From Macrostomum hystrix (taxonomy: Eukaryota; Animalia; Platyhelminthes): a stretch of DNA of 64,000 nt. Positions 59,021 through 64,000 of the stretch are shown one piece after another (position 1 is the first letter of the stretch; every line of letters starts with the position of its first letter). The DNA lies in the NCBI GenBank assembly GCA_950097015.1, contig CATNEN010000010.1, positions 186,001 to 250,000 on the forward strand, written 5' to 3'. Below the pieces are notes generated by a model. That model was not told the DNA's origin. It made no database searches and saw nothing but the letters and a program-made list of their open reading frames with translations. The position numbers were made by a program, and so were the translations under genes.

Positions 59021-61795
59021 TCCTTTCGCGAAATGAAGACAAGTGAATTAGACTTTATTTCACATTAATAATACTAGCTATCTTGAGTATAAAACATCGA
59101 AGAATGATCTGTTAAACCACATTAAACAAAATTGACAATTAACTTGACTCCACAAACAAGGTATTACAGATCCATATGCGAATAATAACTCACTGATGTT
59201 TGACAGGTTTAAATTTTATATACTATGTTGACATATTTGATAAAACTAGACTTTGTTTGTTATATTATTTCACGCAGCTGTAAACAGATTTCTTATAAGG
59301 TCAGTATGCATTTTTTAGTTCTATAATTAATTGTCTATATACAGCGGGTACTTTTGTTATTCTAGACAGATTCTTCGGCTTAAACGATGACGACTACAGA
59401 TTTATAAAGAAAAAATTCACTTGCTGTTATTAGCATTGCCGTTGAGTTCGGCTGCAGAGTCCAAGAAGGAATTTACTGCTATGGAGTCGAAGATGTACAG
59501 CCCTTTAGGCTTCAACTCATTTTTTAAAGACTGCTTAAATGTACTGAAAATTACGGACAGTAGCCTACATTTATGTACAGACAGAACTATAATAATGTAG
59601 CATTATTATGCTCATTCGGCTTTTGGCCAAGTGGCTATGGCCGAAACGACCAGAATTCTAACCAATATCATTTAGGTATGTCAGGCAAAGCTCCCTGACT
59701 CTGCTTTAGCAGACACTGTCCCTGTTTCTCTATTTTTCATTGTTATCCATTGATAAAAGTAAAAAACTGTCTAAATAATTTAAAAAATAAGGAAATGTAT
59801 GCCAAAATTTCCAGGTTTGAATCTGGTTTCCATGTATTAGTTGACCTAGGGAAGCTAGCTAAAAGTAAACTTCTAAATCTTTGTTAGGGGTCTATCTCAT
59901 TGAGGTCTATGGGGAGAACCCATGGCCACCCTATAATTTGCACCTGGCATTGAAATTTCTAAAAAGCTTGAGTCCTAAACACCAAGGAACTATAGGCCTA
60001 GTTAAGAACTCAAGATACATAAACTAAATACAGTAAACAAAAGTTCCTGTAGGCCTAACCATATCCATATCCATAACTTTTGTTTAAAAAGCTTTGTAGG
60101 CCTATCCATAAATTCCCATAGCTATATCCATTTGCATAGCTACAATGAAACTCTAATACTTTCCCAAATAGGCAATTTTTTCTCTTGATATTTAGTGTAT
60201 TAGGCCTATATTGAGGCTATCAAGCATAAGTGTATAATATGTATAATAAGTGTATAATATAACATATTATGGGTCTAATATGTTACAAGTGTAAATGTAA
60301 CTCGTTCTAGTTGCCTTTTCCTCTAGTTCTACACATTTATTTATGGCAGTTGTTATTTGTCCGGTTAACCAGACAAATAGCTGTTTGATTATTCGTCCAG
60401 TTAGTGATTTTATTGTTAATTTTAGATTTCATACCAAATGTCTGCATTAGAAGGAAGGCACCAAACTATGCATGTCGGAAGAGATCTTCCCTTTAAGCCA
60501 AATTGTTTATATCTAACTAATGTCTGATTTGTATTTTTATCCAACTAAAGAGTTCCTTTGAAGTTCCTTTGAAGCATGAAGTTGTAGCAACTCATTCAAA
60601 TACTTCTACAAAGTCAACTGGGTCACCAGTGAAGGACAATACCCGGATCAACAGCAAGGACCACAATTTCAACTCCTCGATAGGCTTTCCTCTTGAGTGA
60701 TTAACTAAGTTATAAGGGGTTGTAGCGCTACCACGAGAACCTCTATCATTTGTAAGATAAAATCATTAACCGGACAAATAACCAAACTACCTTTATTTAT
60801 TTTTTTAAAGGCCTAACAACTTTCTTAGCTAGGCCCTACTACAAGTAAATAGCTTCTTAAACTCACTTGAATAAGTCTATTTCAATGATCAAAACCAAAG
60901 AAAACAAGATTAGGAGTGGGAGGGACAAAAAGGTGGGCCTAAAGATGATTTTTTGCCTTGCTAGCTTGCCTTGCCTTGGCAACATTATTTTCTAGTGTGG
61001 TACACAACTCCACTATGCTGTCTAAGCACAATACTATTATATCTGGTGGCTTTTTTATTGTTTGTTGGTTGTTAGTCATTTTTTAGTTTTTACTATATAA
61101 GAAGTCATTAAAGAATTAAGAAGTCATTCAATTTAATTATAAAATCAAATTGAATTAAACATGTAAAACTAGATTGTCTTAAGTATATAATAGGCTAATA
61201 CTAATATGCTTGTATATACTAGCCATGACCTTTATTATCAAAGGCTTCTGGCATGGGGCTTTGTTTAATAAGTTTCTAGTTAAATATAGTTTAGCCTTAC
61301 ATGTGCCTTGCTAAATTTTACATTTATGATAAGGGATTTCAATAAAATAGTTAAAAACATATTTTAACTATATCTAATTAAGTAGGAGACTGTGACTGAA
61401 TGTTTAAGTCATTGCCTTTTGATTTATATTCAAAGTTAAAATATGACATAGAAGTATGCAGGTAAGTATACATCATGCTTGTAATATTTATACTATAATG
61501 TATTATGGTCTATAAAATGGTTAGGCTATATGATAGGGATATACAAGTTGCTCGAATTTTTTTCTATCTTTTCAATTTAATTTTAAGAGAGGCTACTGAA
61601 AGTTTTAAGCATTTTATATGCTTCTTACTTTTCTGAATCCTAGAGAATTTAGAGATTTTAAAGAGAAAAACATTTAGATTCCAATGCAGTCATCTGAATT
61701 TAATGATTTATTTTTATATTCTACTCAGTGCACATTTAATTTCAGGTAATTTTCAACATAACATAAAGCAGCCAGGTGTCCCACCCGCACTGCCA

Positions 61796-62884
61796 ATGAC
61801 TATAGAGCCCCTAGTGCTGAGAGAGTGCTATGATGGCTCTGGTGAGCCAACTGAGTATGTTCTCACTGAGCACAGTGTCACGACCAGAAGCAGAAGACGG
61901 AAATTTGATGGTTTTGTCAGCACTATGAAGGTGATTGCTTGTTAAATAAGAATTCTTGCTATTTGATTTGGGATTTAGGATTTTAAATTATTGTGTTGCT
62001 GATTATACAATCTGCCCTGAGGCAGATCTGATCTCTAATTTATTATGCACAGCAGGGTTGAGCGTTTCATTGCAGGGCATGTCTAGCCATCATGATTGGC
62101 TGCTTTTGTTAGTTCTTTTTTACAGTTGTAGCACTGAAGTATTTTTATTATCACATTTTAACTGTTGTGTGTTGCCGAATTGAGGAAGCACTTTATGTCA
62201 TTGAGCCAAGATATGAGTACTTAATTTCCTATTGCTTCATATCACCCAGCTGTAAATGGTTAAAAGTACCATCTGGGTTAGACATTTTGGAGGTTGTCGA
62301 TACAGTCCCGACTCCCGAGTCCAGTCAGTTTGCACAATATCTGATCAATATGAGCTCATGAAAAGGCACGAGTTATCTTTTAAGCATACGCAAAACCTCC
62401 TGCTAATATGCAATGACAAACCTCCCATCCCGCTGTTAAGGACGTCTTCCTGCCACAGGGCTACCCAGACTCCGTGTCCTCTGATTACCTGACCTACCAG
62501 CTGTGGGACACCGCCCAGGCATTCTGCAGCTCCGTCACCGGCGCCCTGGCCGGCCGGGCTGTCCTGACTGGCTACGGCGTCGGCGACCAGAGCGCCACGG
62601 TGGCCGCCGCCACCCTCGCCTGGCTGCTGCGAGATGGCTGCGGGATGGTCGGTCGCATCCTGTTCACTTGGGCGCGCGGCGCCGCCCTCGACTGGGACTG
62701 CAAGCGCTACCGCCTGCTGGCCGATGTGCTCAATGACCTGGCCATCCTGCTGCAGCTGCTCTGCCCGCTGGCCGGCTCGCCCGGCTCCGCCACCGTCGCG
62801 GTCGTCTTGTGCGCGGCCTCCATGCTGCTGTCACTGGTGGGAGTCTGCGGCGGAGCCACGCGTGCTGCGCTCACCATGCACCAG
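61796..62884 (+). CDS. RUSF1: RUS1 family protein (C16orf58/DUF647); first coding exons 61796-61930 and 62441-62884, remaining exons not seen in the window
   Basis: Phase-0 junction MK|DVFLPQGYPDSVSSDYLTYQLWDTAQAFCSS; LLRDGCGMVGRILF, KRYRLLADVLND and GGATRAALTMHQ match RUSF1; donor GTGAGC at 62885. Confidence 0.92.
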
Positions 62885-62949
62885 GTGAGCTTTTGGCTGA
62901 CTGCCTGTCTGATTTCGTTAAAACCTGCATATGACTGGTCTGGGTGTCT

Positions 62950-63760
62950 GTGTGAGTCTGTCTGCTCTTCTGCTGTGTGAGTCTGTCTGCTCTGTGTGAG
63001 TCTGTCTGCTCTTCTGCTCTGTGTGAGTCTGTCTGCTCTGTGTCAGTCTGTCTGCTCTTCTGCTCTGTGTGAGTCTGTCTGCTCTGTGTGAGTCTGTCTG
63101 CTCTGTGTGAGTCTGTCTGCTCTGTGTGAGTCTGTCTGCTCTTCTGCTCTGTGTGAGTCTGTCTGCTCTGTGTCAGTCTGTCTGCTCTTCTGCTGTGTGA
63201 GTCTGTCTGCTCTGTGTGAGTCTGTCTGCTCTTCTGCTGTGTGAGTCTGTCTGCTCTGTGTGAGTCTGTCTGCTCTTCTGCTGTGTGAGTCTGTCTGCTC
63301 TGTGTCAGTCTGTCTGCTCTGTGTGAGTCTGTCTGCTCTGTGTGAGTCTGTCTGCTCTTCTGCTCTGTGTGAGTCTGTCTGCTCTGTGTGAGTCTGTCTG
63401 CTCTTCTGCTCTGTGTGAGTCTGTCTGCTCTGTGTGAGTCTGTCTGCTCTGTGTGAGTCTGTCTGCTCTGTGTGAGTCTGTCTGCTCTGTGTGAGTCTGT
63501 CTGCTCTTCTGCTGTGTGAGTCTGTCTGCTCTGTGTGAGTCTGTCTGCTCTGTGTGAGTCTGTCTGCTCTTCTGCTGTGTGAGTCTGTCTGCTCTGTGTG
63601 AGTGTCTGCTCTGTGTGAGTCTGTCTGCTCTTCTGCTGTGTGAGTCTGTCTGCTCTGTGTGAGTCTGTCTGCTCTGTGTGAGTCTGTCTGTTCTGTGTGA
63701 GTCTGTCTGCTCTGTGTGAGTCTGTCTGCTCTGTGTGAGTCTGTCTGCTCTTCTGCTCTG
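62950..63760. repeat. Intronic ~19/25-bp minisatellite (GTGTGAGTCTGTCTGCTCT +/- TCTGCT)
   Basis: Direct inspection; lies in the RUSF1 intron after 62884. Confidence 0.95.
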
Positions 63761-64000
63761 TTAATTGTGGCGCTATCAGTCCTGTGTGTGTCTCTGTCAG
63801 TTTTGGTGATCTCTGTCTGTTTTTTGAGTGTCAGGCTGTCTGTTTTCTGTTAGTGTCGAGCTATCCTCTGTGTTTGTCTTTCCTGAGAGTCGGACTCACG
63901 CAGTGCTCAGCCTTTTTATTAAAACCAGTCAGCTGACCTTCACTGTTCACTCCATCAGTCAGCTGGTGAATTTTTTACTTTTCGAGTTTTTAGTTGCTCG

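Overview
Eukaryotic (animal) genomic DNA with GC-rich, Gln/Ala-rich exons and introns and intergenic spacers packed with 12-52 bp minisatellites. This style suggests the flatworm Macrostomum, but that is inference only. I rebuilt the gene models by hand, checking GT-AG sites and phases: the 3' end of a peroxisomal ABCD1/2 transporter (+); a 2-exon GPI-anchored Ly6/uPAR three-finger gene (-) with a 6.8-kb intron; an unknown 2-exon gene (+); PTPDC1 (7 exons, -); a neuron navigator/UNC-53 gene (-); a C11orf96/DUF4695-like ORF (+); a single-pass Q-rich membrane protein (-); SMG9 (6 exons, -); and the first two exons of RUSF1/C16orf58 (+). Mobile DNA includes a 3,597-bp internally deleted Ty3/gypsy element. 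It has identical 197-bp LTRs, a TTAT TSD, a PBS, a PPT and a -1 frameshift signal. There are also two hAT-type MITEs with 8-bp TSDs (one nested in another MITE's TIR) and a decayed Helitron helicase. A ~9.6-kb block (31.9-41.5 kb) appears to be tandem non-autonomous Helitron/Helentron-like units that carry kilobase minisatellite arrays. Most long ORFs in the supplied track are repeat or antisense artefacts. No CRISPR, rRNA or tRNA genes are supported.
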